DNA from: Lama glama
Lineage: Eukaryota
Reading direction: 5' to 3'
NCBI GenBank assembly: GCA_028534125.1
Contig: CM052817.1
Coordinates: forward strand, 105,774,001-105,838,000
Length of the DNA stretch: 64,000 bases
Positions 1-12,944 of this stretch are shown here, in pieces (within the stretch, counting starts at the first letter, position 1; every line of letters starts with the position of its first letter). The notes under the pieces are model-generated. The model was not told where the DNA came from. It was given only the letters and a program-made list of their open reading frames with translations, and did no database searches. The translations under genes were made by a program, and so were the position numbers.

Positions 1-92
1 GACTTGAGTCCACAGAAGAATGAATTTACTCAGTGTGGCTAAAACTGTTTAGATTCATTCCCACTAATGGACAGGCAATAGGTAAAAGGAAA

Positions 93-124
93 AACAAACA
101 AACAAACAAACAAACAAACAAAAC
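93..124. repeat. (AAAC)n microsatellite
   Basis: Tandem aaac units read directly. Confidence 0.9.
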
Positions 125-1199
125 ACCTAAACAGAATCTGCACAAAATAATGGAAATGTAAAGGAGTAAATTGTACTTACAAAAAAAATGTTTACAGCTT
201 TTGTTGTAGTCTAGAAGTTTTTAAAGTGCTGATGAAACAAAGTAAAGGTACATCTTGTCTGAAGCGAAAAGAGGGGGATGAATGTTAAAAACTTGCATTC
301 ACTTTCAAAGTTATTTTACGTGTATCGACTCATTTGAGAAAAAGGAACTGATAATCCATCAAAAGAAAGAGAAAGCTTTAAATAAACCATATGGAGGTTT
401 CAGGGAAACATCTTAACATAAAGGATAAAAATTAAAGGTTAAAATTCATAAATTTGAGAAGACAGTATGGGTACCATGGGAATGTTTAAACAGAACCTTT
501 GAGAAAAAAGTTTTAATACAAGAGTTGTGAATTGAAAGAGTGTCAAAAGAAAACGTTAGTGTTTGAAACTCAGATAGCTGGATTTGTACTTATGGGATGT
601 GTGAAATACGACTGCTAGAATACAAGATTGAGGATAGGGATGTTTCTGTCTTGATCACAGACGTATGTGATATTTTACAAGGGGGTTTACGATGAGGACT
701 CTAGACCTTTACAGAATATACATTTTGGGAAGCATCAAATTCAGCATTCCAAATGAAAATAACCTAAAGGGATGAGGTTTTATTCATTAACAAAAGAAAT
801 GTTAAGAAAAAAAGAATCTAATTCCATACAAAAGTTTTAGTGTTAATAGGATTGGAAGTAGATAAAGCACTTATTTTATTATAAATTGTATCAGGAAAAA
901 ATGAGACTATGATACCTGCTCAAAGATTAATAATTATCATATGGAGTGAATGTTCTGAGTGCTTAGGAAAAAAATACCTTAGAGAGTATAAAATACACTG
1001 AAGTTTAACTATAAAGGTTATAGTTTAACTGTAACTATCTTACAGACATTTGGGGTTCATCTGGGAAAAAAATTAAAGAAAAAAAACCCTGTTCTTGTGA
1101 TGCTTACAATTTAGTAAGCAGAGAATGGCATCTAATAATAAACATAATTAGTAAATGATACCTTATGGTTAGATGATATGTTCTATTTAAAATAGAGCA

Positions 1200-1750
1200 A
1201 GGGTCCATCGACAGAATACTGGATAAAGAAGATGTGGTATGTTTATACAATGGAATACTATTCAGCAACAATAAAGAATAAAATAATGCTATTTGCAGCA
1301 ACATGGATGGACTTAGAGATTGTCATTCTAAGTGAAGTAAGCCAGAAAGAGAAGGAAAAACACCATATGATATCACTCATATGCAGAATCAAAAACAAAA
1401 ACAGAAACAAATGAACAAACAAAAAAACAGAAAGCAAGAAAAAAGAGGACACTAATGAACTCATCTACAAAAGAAACAGACTCACAGACATAGTAAACAA
1501 TCTTATGGTTACTGGAGGAAAAGCAGTGGGAAGGGATATATTTGGGAGTTTGAGATTTGCAAATGTATAAAAATAGAGGAAAAACAGTTTTTTTCTGCAT
1601 AGCATAGAGAATTATATTCAATATCTTATAATACCCTTTAATGAAAAATAATATAAAAATGAATATGCATATGTATATGCATGACTGAGATATTATGCTG
1701 TACACCAGAAATTGACACATTGTAACTAATTGTACTTCAATTAAAAAAAA
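1200..1750 (+). mobile_element. 5'-truncated lineage-specific LINE-1 3' end (ORF2 C-terminus plus 3'UTR and A tail)
   Basis: ORF 1232-1414 (MWYVYTMEYYSATIKNKIMLFAATWMDLEIVILSEVSQ) matches the L1 ORF2p C-terminus. A tail at 1743-1751. TSD aaaatagagca at 1189-1199 and 1748-1758, at a TT/AAAA endonuclease site. Confidence 0.95.
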
Positions 1751-1764
1751 ATAGAGCAGGATAA

Positions 1765-3270
1765 GAAGAGAGGAGAATCGCAGGGCAGGTTTAGATGTGG
1801 TGGCTAATTGTAGTTTGAAATAGGGCAGGTGGGATTGATTGCTAAGAAACTGTGATCTAAAAAGTGACTTGAAAGAGATGAAATCTTTTAGCAAGTGAAT
1901 GTCTTCCAAAAGCCTATTTCAGGCAGAGGGTATAGGTAAAACTAGATTCTAATGCAGGATCTCACTTGTGGTTTCAGAAAGAAAAAGGAGACTCTGGCTG
2001 GAGTCAAGGAGATAAAAGAAAGTCAAGTCAGAAAGGTAATAAAAGTCTGTACTAGTCAGTTTGGCCCCTCTTAACAAAGGACCATAGACTGGATGGTTTA
2101 AACAACAGAAATGTATTTTCTCACAGTTTTGGAGATTGAAAATCTGAGATCAGGGAGCCAGAACTGTTGAGTTCTGATGAACGTGCTCTTCCTGGCTTTC
2201 AAATGTCTTTCTTCTTTCTGTGTCTTCCCATGGCCGAGAGACAAAGAGCAAGTCCTGTGGTGTCTCCTCTTACAGAAACACTAATCCCATCATGAGGGCC
2301 CTACCCACATGATCTCATGTAAACCCAATTATCTCCCAAAGGCTTCACCTCCAAACATCATCACTTTGGAGGGAGCAGGAATTCAACATATGGGTTTTGG
2401 AGGGTTGATAAAATTCAATTCATGGCAGAGTCAGATCTTGCAAGGCACTATAGATCATGGTAAGGTCTTTGTCCTTTACTCTGAGGGAAATGGAAGCTCA
2501 TTGCTTGGTTTTGGCCAAAGAAGAGACAAAAATTATCTCATATTTTACAGGACCACAGCTGCAACTATCTTAAGAACAGATTGTAGAGACGTGGGTAGAA
2601 ATTGAGACCCAGTGGTTGTGGCAGCAATCACAACTTGATACAACAGCTTAGACCAGAATTAACGTATGAAGAGGTAAAGAGACTAAGAGAAATGGTGGAA
2701 ATCGAGGTGATAAGATTTCTGGATGAATGTGGCAGGTGAGAGGAAAAAATGACTTCAGGATTTTTCTGATTGAGTGAATGAGAGGGTGAAGTTATTATCA
2801 ACAGAAATTGGGAAGACTGTGGGGAAGCAGGCCTGGAAGAAAAAATTAGGAGTTAAATTTTTGATTTGTTGACTTGGAGATGTTTATTTGATACACAAGC
2901 TAGGGATATAATTTTGTAAATTGTTAGCTTTTGCCATATTTTAAAGCATGGAACCAATGAGATCAAGAGATTAGTTATAAATAGGGAAAGAATTAACACT
3001 AAGCAGTCTTGAAAGAAATAGAAGGAACCAGAAAAAGAGGAGTGAATTAGTTGAAAAATGATGTAATGTGGTATTCTGCAAACTATGTGAAATACGGCTA
3101 TCAGTGGTGTTAAAAATATCCAACTTGGCTCAAATGTTATATAAGACATTCTATTGTGAACTGAGAGGAGGATTTATCAATGGGGATGATATTGAGCACC
3201 TTGAGGAGAACAGTGTTGGTGCAGAGGTGAGTTTCAAAGCCTGATTTAATTGGGATTAAGAAAGAATGAA
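1765..3270 (-). mobile_element. Ancient LINE-2 relic, interrupted by a MaLR LTR
   Basis: Purine-rich degenerate sequence typical of antisense L2 (for example ctttactctgagggaaatggaagc, gactgtggggaagcagg). Boundaries approximate. Confidence 0.6.
2048..2427 (-). mobile_element. ERVL-MaLR solo LTR (MLT1A/B-like)
   Basis: TG...CA ends. Diagnostic aacaacagaaatgtattttctcacagttttggag and actaatcccatcatgagggcc motifs. Imperfect 5-bp TSD aagtc/gagtc. Confidence 0.85.
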
Positions 3271-3426
3271 GGGAGAGGATATAGCTCAAGTGGTAGACCA
3301 GGTGGTTGGCATGCACAAGGTCCTGTATTCAATCCCCAGTACTTCCTCCAAAGATAAACAATAAACCAATAAAACTAATTACCTCCTGTTCCCAAAAAAC
3401 AAAAACAGAGACAAACAAAAAAAAAA
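3271..3426 (+). mobile_element. tRNA-Ala-derived camelid SINE (Vic-1-like)
   Basis: A-box-like tagctcaagtgg, B-box-like ttcaatcc, ctaattacctcc body motif, A-rich tail. Confidence 0.85.
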
Positions 3427-6013
3427 TAGAAGAGCAAAATTGGAATCACAACTCTTTCAGACATCCAGGTAGTGAAATGGATTAGTGGCTAGCTTTGCAT
3501 GATTTCATTTGCTAAAACTTCATTTTCAAAATTGCTTTCAAGTTTTTTTAAATAAGGAGAAATAGCATCATTATGGAAGGTGATTAGAATGATCTAATAT
3601 AGAGAATTTTTATTACAATTAAAAGAGACAAAGGAAAATTGCTAAAGGTATGTACTTGAACAGATAGGATGTAGAACACAGTGGAAGGACCTGAGTATTG
3701 GGAGAAAGGTGGAGTATGTGTGCAGATGCTGGAGAGTGTGGGGAAAAGCTGAGTTTTCTTCTTAAACCTTTAATTTCTTTGGGATAATAGCCATTGAAAT
3801 CATCAACAGAATGTGAAGATCAGGAAAAGGGTCCTGGTGGTTTCATCCATAAAACTAATCCATCAGCATAGAACATGTAATTTTAAGTACGATCTCAATA
3901 ATGTGTGATATAAACATAAAATAAAAATTAATTTTCCTAATGTAAGTATTCCACATAAAAGCCTTCAAGAAGAAGTGAAACTTTCAGGGTAAAGTGGAAC
4001 CTTGAAACAGGAAAGAATGTTTGAAAAACAATGTGGACAGACTGTAATAAACACAAGTAGACTTGAGACTATCTCCACCTTCCAAGTATGAATCATTGGT
4101 TACAGGCTACACCAACTAACTTTGCTTTTGATAAATTAGTTGAGATGTGGGCTGAATCTGGGTACAGGCAGAAACTTCTTTAGAGTTATTAAACTGTTGG
4201 ATGAGTGGAAAGGCCAAGCAGCAGGTAGAAAAGAGGGAAGAATGATAAATCTTTTTCCTGTTCTTTCTTCTAGCCACCAGCAAGGTTATGGAAGTATTTT
4301 GTATTGCACTGAATTTTCCTTTTCTATTAAACTGATTTGATTAAAATTTTTTTTCCAGGTTTTGACTTCTCAAACTTTAAGCTTCATAATGATGTGAACT
4401 TGTACTGTATATTATTAATCATTATTATAAGTACCAAGTTAGTCATAAAAACCTTAAAAGTTTTCTGTAGACATTGCAATTGCCTATTTCCACGTGCAGA
4501 ACTCTATGTGGTTTTAGAACTAGGTACAAAGGACGGGTACTGGGAACAGGACAGATGGAAAGTCTCTGGCTGGGCAACTGGGCGACCCTGTGTTTCCCTA
4601 TAGCACCTTATTTGAGGCTCTCCTGGGAAACCATGGTGTACAGAAGCCCACAAATCCCTATTACAATTACTTCAGAGGGTAACTCCTAAACCCCTCTTTG
4701 TGGAAATTTAAGCTTCCAAATTTTTTGAACTTCATTCTTCCTCATTCAACATAGCTTATATTCAGCACTAGCAGCAGAATTTGTTTCTGAGGATCTGGTA
4801 TCGCTCCACCTCTGGCTCTGGTCTCTAATCCAGAGATGACTCGGGCCATTCTCTTTGCATGAGACCCACTTTACAGCCCATGATGTGCAGTGTCAATGCA
4901 CCCTGGGAACTTCAGGACCCCAAGAGAAGTAGTCAGAGTGTAGACTGAACAAAGGAGTGCATCGTGACATTCACAAATAGAAGGCAACTCTTGAAAAGAT
5001 CTTTGATGTTAGCAATTAGGCGGAAAAAAATGAAAAGAATGCCAGGCAGAGAGAAGAGAGAAAAGTGACAAGATTGATGAGAAAGATAAGGTCATATTTT
5101 TAAAGCTGCAAGAAATTTGAGTTGTGTCCAGAGAAGGATGGCTATGGAAAAGCTGGATGAGAGACAAATTAACGAGTTTGAATTGTATTGTTAAGTGAAA
5201 TTTGAGAATTGCTATATAAATCTATTTGAGACAGGAATAATTCCTATGAGCTGGGGAAAAATAAATAATGTTATTCATTACTTAACATAGATTTACTGTA
5301 AGAAAAAAATAATCTAACAAAACCATTAAAATATTTTAGCTGAATTCAATGTGTGTGTACGTGTGTCTGCCTGTATTCAGAATACACCCTATTCTCACTG
5401 GTATTATTTCAACTGAAAATTGTTAGTGAGGAACCCACCCATCTCTTCACATTAACTAGGACAGAATTGAGTGGAGAAAAATTAGGAAAATTGTTCCAGT
5501 GGAAATCTTTTTTAGAGCCAGATTTTATATTCCAAACCCTTTTTTAAGGAGAAAAATGGAAGGTTTAAAGTAGATCAAACCTCACTTATTTTTATGAACC
5601 CATCACTTACATTTAATGTATTTGTTCACAGAAGAACTTGTCTGTGAAACACAGCACACTCATTTGTCATTTCATCACACAGGATGGGCTTTGAGAATAT
5701 CGATTCAGGGCATTTGGAAAGATGTAGGCACGTAATACATCGTAGATTTCCAAAAGCGGCACATCTTTTAATGGAGGAAGAAACGGGAACAGGAGCTGAC
5801 AGTCCAGGAAGCAAACCTTGGTGGAACTGAGTAATTGATATCTGGAGAGGACAGAGTCAGAACTGTGGAAGAGGTAGACCTGGACCCCAGTGACAGGATT
5901 TGAATAGATAGAGCGGAGAAAACCTGGCATTTCACATGGAGAAAGTGGGTCACAGGAAGTCAGGCCTGATCATCTGCTGGGAAAAGTGGACCCTTTAAGA
6001 ATGCAGGATTCAC

Positions 6014-6150
6014 GGCAGAAGGGTAGAGCTCAGTGGTAGAGCACATGCTTAGCATACATGAGGTCCTGGGTTCAATCGTCCATTAAAAAACACATAAATA
6101 AGCTTAGTTATCTCTCCCCCATAATTAAAAAAAAAAAAGAAAGAAAGAAA
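6014..6150 (+). mobile_element. tRNA-Ala-derived camelid SINE (Vic-1-like)
   Basis: agctcagtggtagagcacatgcttagcatacatgaggtcctgggttcaatc closely follows tRNA-Ala(AGC). A-rich tail. Confidence 0.9.
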
Positions 6151-6160
6151 CTGCCACTTT

Positions 6161-6466
6161 AAAAATAGACTCACGGGCATAAAAAACAAACTATGGTTAC
6201 CAAAGTGGAAAGGGAGAGGGAAAAATAAATAAGGAGTTTGAGATTAGCAGACACACACTACATGTATAAAAGAGATAAACAACAAGGACCTACTGTATAG
6301 CACAGGGGACTATATTTAATGTCTTGTAATAACATATAACGGGAAAGAATCTGAAAAGAAAATATGTATATATGTATGTATGTATACGTATAACTGAATC
6401 ACTTTGCTGTACACCTGAAACTAACATTGTAAATCAACTACAATTCAATAAAAAATTTTTAAAAAA
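6161..6466 (+). mobile_element. LINE-1 3'UTR fragment (cetartiodactyl type)
   Basis: atagactcac...atggttaccaaag...aaggacctactgtatagcacagg...actgaatcactttgctgtacacctgaaac...aataaa tail. Confidence 0.9.
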
Positions 6467-6690
6467 TGGTGGATTCACATAATAGAAACTTTAAAGGAAT
6501 GGACAGTTTGAGATTAAGTGTGACAGCAAGAAAGGGAGTGAGATTACAGTGTGTGAAGATATGCCTTCAAAGACATTGTGTGTTCCTGGCCATTCTCTGA
6601 ATTATGGATAGAGGAAGTAATTAGAGAGCCCAAACAAGAAGCTAGCTCTATAAATCCACTATGAAAAAAAAAAATCTAAGCCCACCATAA

Positions 6691-7152
6691 TGTAACCAAG
6701 CAGGACCCTGGGGGGCCTTCCGGGACCAGACCCCTCCCCATACCCTCTGCTGTGGCTCCTCTCTGAAGCACCCAGATAATAGCATCTCATGTAATTTCCT
6801 GAGTGTTTCAGATGCTGAAAACCAGCACCAAAGGGAAGAAATTAACTACTTGATGATGGAGAGCATGTGGCCCCTAGACCTTCTGGTGCCTGAAGCTTGA
6901 TGGTGTTGACTACACTGTTCCCTTGATATCAACCAATCAGAGGACTGTGCATGAACTAATCACGTACCCTTTGACCCCCGCCCATCAAGCAGGCTTTGCT
7001 GAAACCCTTCAGAGAGTTCAGGGTTTTCTTGGGCATGAGCCACCCTGTCATCCTCGCTCGGCCCTGCTGAACCTTTCTCTGATCTAAACTTCGATGTTTC
7101 AGTTTGTTTGGCCCTATGGTGCAGCGGGCACACAATCTTACCTTGGGCAACA
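6691..7152 (+). mobile_element. ERV1-class solo LTR
   Basis: TGTAAC...GCAACA ends, 4-bp TSD ataa (6687-6690 and 7153-7156), CCAAT box aaccaatcag at 6931-6940. Confidence 0.85.
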
Positions 7153-8802
7153 ATAATGGCGGATACCTTGCTGCTCGCCACCTGCGAGACTGGCTGTCCT
7201 TAAATAAACACAACTGTTTGTCTCCACCTCCAAGTTCACAGTATATTGTTTTTCCTTTGAATTGCCTTACCTCCTACAATGTTTACTTCACTTTGCTATA
7301 GCTTTCTTATTGTAATTCTACCTGTCTCAAGTTTTTATTCTTAGATTGTAAACTTCTGGGCAAAGACTGTCAACTTTTCATTTTCCACAACATTCAGTAC
7401 CTGTATCCCAGCAACAAACAGAAGAAACTGAAGAAGTAAATTAAGTGAGAACTGAATTTCACCTTTCTAGGCATCATGAATCATTACATTTTACACGGAG
7501 CAAAAAGAAAAAATTACTTATTTTAATTCAGATTTTAAAATTATTATATTTTATTTGATACTTCCAACAGAGTTGAAAATTGTTCTTGGAAAAGTTAATG
7601 CATCTCCTCTAAAGAAAAGTAGAAACACGGAGCAAGAAAGCTCTTGAGAGATTTTTCTAACTGACTTTGGAGAGGCTGTGTAACCAAAACAGATGAAAAG
7701 AAAAAGTAAGTAAAGAAAATGAAGATTTTCTTGCAACTTTCCAAGATCTGTGTAGGGTTATAATTTGTCATGCTTCCTCGTCTTCCTATAGAGCGCATAA
7801 CCATTAGCGGCACGTTTCAGTTGGACAGATTTAAGCACAGTATGTTTTGCCACACAGAATGTGTTGCTACTTTTATGATTCCAGAATGTACTGTGCCCTC
7901 GGAACAGCAAATGTTGTCATATTAAAGCTCTTGTCATTTGGATTCGCTGAAACAATAGCTTTTGCCAGAATTCGCTCTTTTCTGAAAATGATTGCCTTTT
8001 AGGGGTTCTCACAAATAGATTTATTAGCTTTCATGCTGAATAAACAACCAAGAACTTGCTATGCAGATCGGCCCCAGAAGCTGTTATGGAGGATATATTT
8101 CCAACTTTTATGGCAACATCCTTTACTTTTATGTTCTCCCCTCTCTCGAATTGATAAATTGAGTTTTGTTTAAAAAATGCAATGGCATAAAGCAGGACGA
8201 TTTCTTCTGTTTTTCTGGTTTTTTGTTTTTTGTTTTGGGATTTTTCAAAAATATATAAACCTAAATCTTGGAGTTTCTTGGTTTTACTGTTCACAGGAAT
8301 AGAAGTGTTTGTGGTAAAGTTGCTAGAAATGATGATTTGACAGGGATGGACTGAGGCTTATCTATGAATTAGTAACGAACAAGAACAAAAAAGTATTTAG
8401 GAAATGTGGAATCCCTGTAACTTCCTCCACCCCAACCCTCTGGGTTGTTGGTTCATTTGTTTTTCTTTGGAGCATGTTGGCTGCTGTTCTGAAGAAATGA
8501 GTAAATGTAGAAAAAAGTTATGTCGTGGACATGCTGTTCTGTCAACCAAAATATTATTAAATTTTGTGAAGCAAAAATGCTTTCAGTTACACAGAGAGTT
8601 TTAGATACATAGAGAGAGGGAGGGTTGAGTGAAGGAAGAGGTGAAGGAGACAGCATCAGAAAAAGAGGGATTTCTAGGACCACCCTCACCAAATTTCCTC
8701 TTTGTATCTCTCCTGCCCTTTTGTGTCTCCGCTGCCTGCTTTCAGAGTTTTCCCTTCTGAAATAGAAACACAGTCGGCGATGCCCTGGGACTAGATGGGG
8801 TG

Positions 8803-9303
8803 TGTAACAGAGAAGAACAAATCTGACTCCATATTAGTTCTGTTCCTTTGGCTTTAACCCTGTGCCCTGGTTTCTCGGCTTAGTCTTCCTGGCTCTGCAC
8901 CTTTTGTAAAGAAATGTTGCCTAGAGCCTGAAATATACAGGAAAGCCCTCCTCAGGTCTCTGACCTTTAAGGATATTAACACTTTTGGACTCATATAAAG
9001 ATAACAAGTTGTAGATTAGAAAACCACGTTTGTTTGGCTGGAGGTTTACAGGGGCACCGTGACTTGACCCACGTGGACAGCTGCAAGAACAAAGGATTCC
9101 TACACCAAGATGTTACCAACAACCAAACATATCCCTCTCCTTTTTAGTATGACTCAGGGAAGATGGTTCTCTAGGTCATCAGTCTGCCATCTTCTGGATC
9201 TGCTGGCTTTCTGAATAAAGTCACTATTCCTTGCCCCAGCACTTTGTCTCCTGATTTATTGGCCTGTTGTGAGGTGAGCAGAACGAGTTTGGACTTGGTA
9301 ACA
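8803..9303 (+). mobile_element. ERV1-class solo LTR
   Basis: TGTAAC...GTAACA ends, AATAAA near 9214, imperfect 4-bp TSD ggtg/ggta. Confidence 0.85.
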
Positions 9304-10639
9304 GGTAGATCTGATGCTGCATGTTCTGTGTGTCTCTGCCACATCATAGCACGTTCAGATATATATTTCTCATACTTTTAGCAGAAAATAATATTTTCAT
9401 TAAAACAGACAAAAATGATTGCAGTATCCCATGATGGGAACCTGATTGACAAAGCTGAGGTTTGGTAATGTATTTTCTCCAATCTCTGTTTCTCCAACAT
9501 CCTGAAAGATTTCTTCTGAACTAAGTGTTCAGTCCTTTAACCCACAGAGAGGTCTCAGCTAAGCTGGATCAGCCTGAATTACTTGGGTCCTTTCCACCTA
9601 GATGACCAGAGATAGTGTCATAGACCTACAATGTGCGCAGCACGTCTGCTAAACAGACCCCGCACTTGTCACTGTCCCAAATTCAGCTTCTTTTAATACT
9701 TAACATTTGCTTATTACCAATTTTTCATCCTATGTGAACCTATCCAAAGTTGAAGACCCTTGCCCTAGGAAAGAATGAATGTATACCTCCAACCTAGATT
9801 TTAAGGGAAAGACGTGAGGCTAAGGTTCAGGAGACTTAGTTCAGACTTGGCTCAACCAAGACCTTCAGGCATTCCACTTCTGGGATTCAACTCTACTTCT
9901 CATAGTGGGGAAGATAAATGAGATACCTTTGAGTAAAGGATATAAAAATGCTTTCAAAAGTAAAAGTCTACGTGTATGAAATTCCAGTAAAAGGCAGTTT
10001 ACATGTATGAAATGCAAGTGTCAGAGAAATCCAAGATGGGAAAGACCTGGCAAGGGAATACATGCTGGGTGGAAGCCCCACGTGGAGGGTAGCTCTCAAT
10101 TTCCTGCCAAGGAACTAGAAAAATACTATACATGATTAAGCAATGTGTCTAAGTGTAACAAACAACACAGCAACCTTCCTTTATCTGCTGTTGTTTTCTA
10201 CAAGTGTTTATGCCTTGGCATCTGCCTTCACACTTCTTCCAAGAGTGCTTGGTAAGGAAGAGTGAGGGGTGAAGAGGCCAAGACAGTGTTTTCACACTAC
10301 CCTTTCTTCAAGAAGCTTTCTTGCCCAGAGCTGTGAAGCAGTAATGCATAAGCTAGGTCCACCCAATGAATAAACTGGTTTATATGTAAGCGAGAAATTG
10401 TCTGATAAGTTTGCACTTTTCATATTTCTGGGCAAACTATTTCTACCTTCTGGAAATTTCCTACATGCATGTTTTAGAATCCATTATTTTTTTTGAGTGC
10501 ATAGGTTTCCAGACTATGTCAGTTTAGGGTGCAGTCCAGTCTGTGTCGGGAATAATAGCAATAAAACTAGCTGGTGGTCATTTCACAATTGCCATGTGAC
10601 AACACCATCATAATCATTTTATATTTATTGACTTCCTTA

Positions 10640-10760
10640 ATTTCCCATAATCCTTGAGTTGCATACTTTGAAAACTCCCATTTTAGAGATGAAGAAACTG
10701 GGGTACATGGTGCTTAAGTACTTTATTAAAAAAAAATCCCCAAACTAGTAAATAACAAAG
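10640..10760 (-). mobile_element. MIR SINE relic
   Basis: Antisense MIR core ccattttagagatgaagaaactgggg. Confidence 0.6.
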
Positions 10761-11351
10761 CAATTCTGTGCAGTGTGGTTAAGTCAGGTGGTTCTGCTGG
10801 ACTGGTTAAAGATTACTAGGCACGTAGAATTACCATTCCTTTCCCAGTGCATGCACATGCACATGCACGCACACACACACACAATTTGTATGAATTAATA
10901 TGTTGGATAATGCCTAATTTTCTTTTGAATCTTGGATGCCGGTTCAGATTTTTTCAAAAATGGGATGGTATACAAGGGAGGCTTGTTGGTGAGGGAAATG
11001 TGGCTACAGGCATGCTTTAGATTTTGATTGATGGAGAGTTAGATATTTGTGGCAGGTTCTCGGCACACCTGGTGTGGGTTCAGAACCCAGGAGATAAAGA
11101 ACCACAGAGAACTGGGCCTCCCAGTTCTCCATTCTAGAAGGCTTAGGCATTGTCAGCTCTCAGACGGTCATGAGCAAATGGCAGCTTTACTTGGTTGGGC
11201 ATTATTCTCATCTGGGATGTGAGAAGCAATTGAATGTCTCGTTTCTACCAATAATTATTCAAAAATATTAAAATGTACAGTTCCATTTTCCCCATTCAAG
11301 GGAGCTAAATGAAGAGATCTAACATTGCAAAGAAATGAGCCAAGGGAGCTA

Positions 11352-11955
11352 ATCAGTCAGGGACTTGGCAGGAAAAACAGAAACCAAACTGGGTATTTGA
11401 AATGAGGGAATTTAGCAGAGAATTGGTTATACAGGTGCTGAATAAACTGAATGAGTAAAAACCAAAAACAGAAACAAAAATGCTGAGGTAAGCCACAAAT
11501 ACTAACTGCAAGGAGAATCTATCACACTTACATCTGAGAAATAACGGGAAAGAGCTGGGATTGTCATAACAACTGTTAGAAGACTGGTCTGATAGAACAG
11601 AAACTCAGACCTCCCAGGTAGGGGTGTGCACTGCCGCTACTGGTACCCGAGGCGTTTCAGCGACGCTGGTTCTGGGAGAACAAAGCGGATCTGGAGGCTG
11701 GAACTGACCGCTGTTACTGGAGGACAGTGCCGCCATTGAGGTGATGGTGACAAGGACAGCAGACGCTCAGGAAGACGAAAGACACTTCTTCCCTTTGTTG
11801 TCTTTCAGTTTCCTTCTCGTGCTTCCCCCTATTGTCAGCATATAAGAAGGCAGCTATATTAAGAAACACAGTTTGCAGATTTGAAAACTCAGCATGGTAG
11901 CAATCAGCAAGGTAGACATGATAGGATGACATAATAGCTTAACAGCCAGGAAAAT
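11352..11955 (-). mobile_element. Old LTR (LTR78/LTR79-like)
   Basis: agtcagggac...aggaaaaacagaaaccaaactgggtatttgaa resembles the antisense LTR78 end. Degenerate, boundaries approximate. Confidence 0.5.
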
Positions 11956-12778
11956 GGGCTACAGCCTCTTTATAATTCTGTTTCCTCATTTATAAACTTC
12001 TGAAAGTGTTGATGTAAATATTAAATAAGCATATATATATATATGTATATATATATATGTGTGTGTGTGCAGTGGCATATAGTAAATGCTCAGTAAACGT
12101 TGACTACTAAAATAATGTTTATTATAGCGTTCTCTAAAATATGTGAAAGTGTGTGGGGATAAACAAGAGAGAGGAAAACTTTTCAAAGAGAAAAACTTGT
12201 ACTGCAGAGAAAGAATAGGTCAACATTAAAATTCTAAGCAAACTCAGAAAGGGACTTTGAACTGACAATACCTACTGTGTGGCAATCAGTCCTCTCCCTT
12301 CTTTCTAAGGAGTAAACCAGGCCTGCAGGCAAGTCAAACGCGTGAAATCTGTCGAGCAGACATTTCTATGATATTACTCATTTCTGGAGATGCTGCTAAA
12401 CTCAAGGAAGAATGCTTACATAAGAACATTCCTACCGAAGTGACAACTCACTGAGCTGTGTCTCTGAAGATTCTGTTTACTGAAGTCTGATTGTGGGAAC
12501 CAATATTTTGCTAAGACAAAATAACTTGGATAAAAATCTTATCCTTAATCTCAACTTTGTTTTCATAACCCTCCAAGGTTCATATTAGAAAAATAATACT
12601 TCTTAATATTTGTCATTGACGGTGTATTCTAGAGTCATGGAGAAAAACAAAACAAAAGAGGACAGGCTGCTGCACTGTCACATGTATTTGGAAGGATGAT
12701 GTGGTAGGCTGTAAGCCACAACTTATGAGCACATTAGTCGAGGGGTTTTATTAAACACACTAGGCCATATTTATTTTA

Positions 12779-12892
12779 TTTTTTAATTGTTTTCTCTTTT
12801 TTTAAATTGATTTTTACATATAGTAACTAACATTTGCAAATCTCAAACTCCCAAATTTATCCCTTCCCATCCCCTTTCCTTGGTAACTATAA
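12779..12892 (-). mobile_element. Very short LINE-1 3'UTR insertion with TSD
   Basis: Reverse complement is homologous to about 1503-1580 of the first L1 (gggaagggat...tttgggagtttgagatttgcaaatgt). 13-bp TSD catatttatttta at 12766-12778 and 12893-12905. Confidence 0.85.
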
Positions 12893-12944
12893 CATATTTA
12901 TTTTAAAGCATCCATGTGGTACCCCTAGAACAAGCAGGGAGAGA

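Noticed and set aside
1373..1909. 178-aa minus-strand ORF
   Set aside because: Antisense reading of an L1 3'UTR.
6014..6085. tRNA-Ala gene
   Set aside because: Acceptor stem is degenerate and the sequence continues into a SINE body and A tail. Same family as the copies at 3271 and 30845.
7153..7175. TGGCG after the LTR as a primer binding site
   Set aside because: Preceded by the 4-bp TSD and not matching a tRNA 3' end I recognise. A solo LTR is the simpler explanation.
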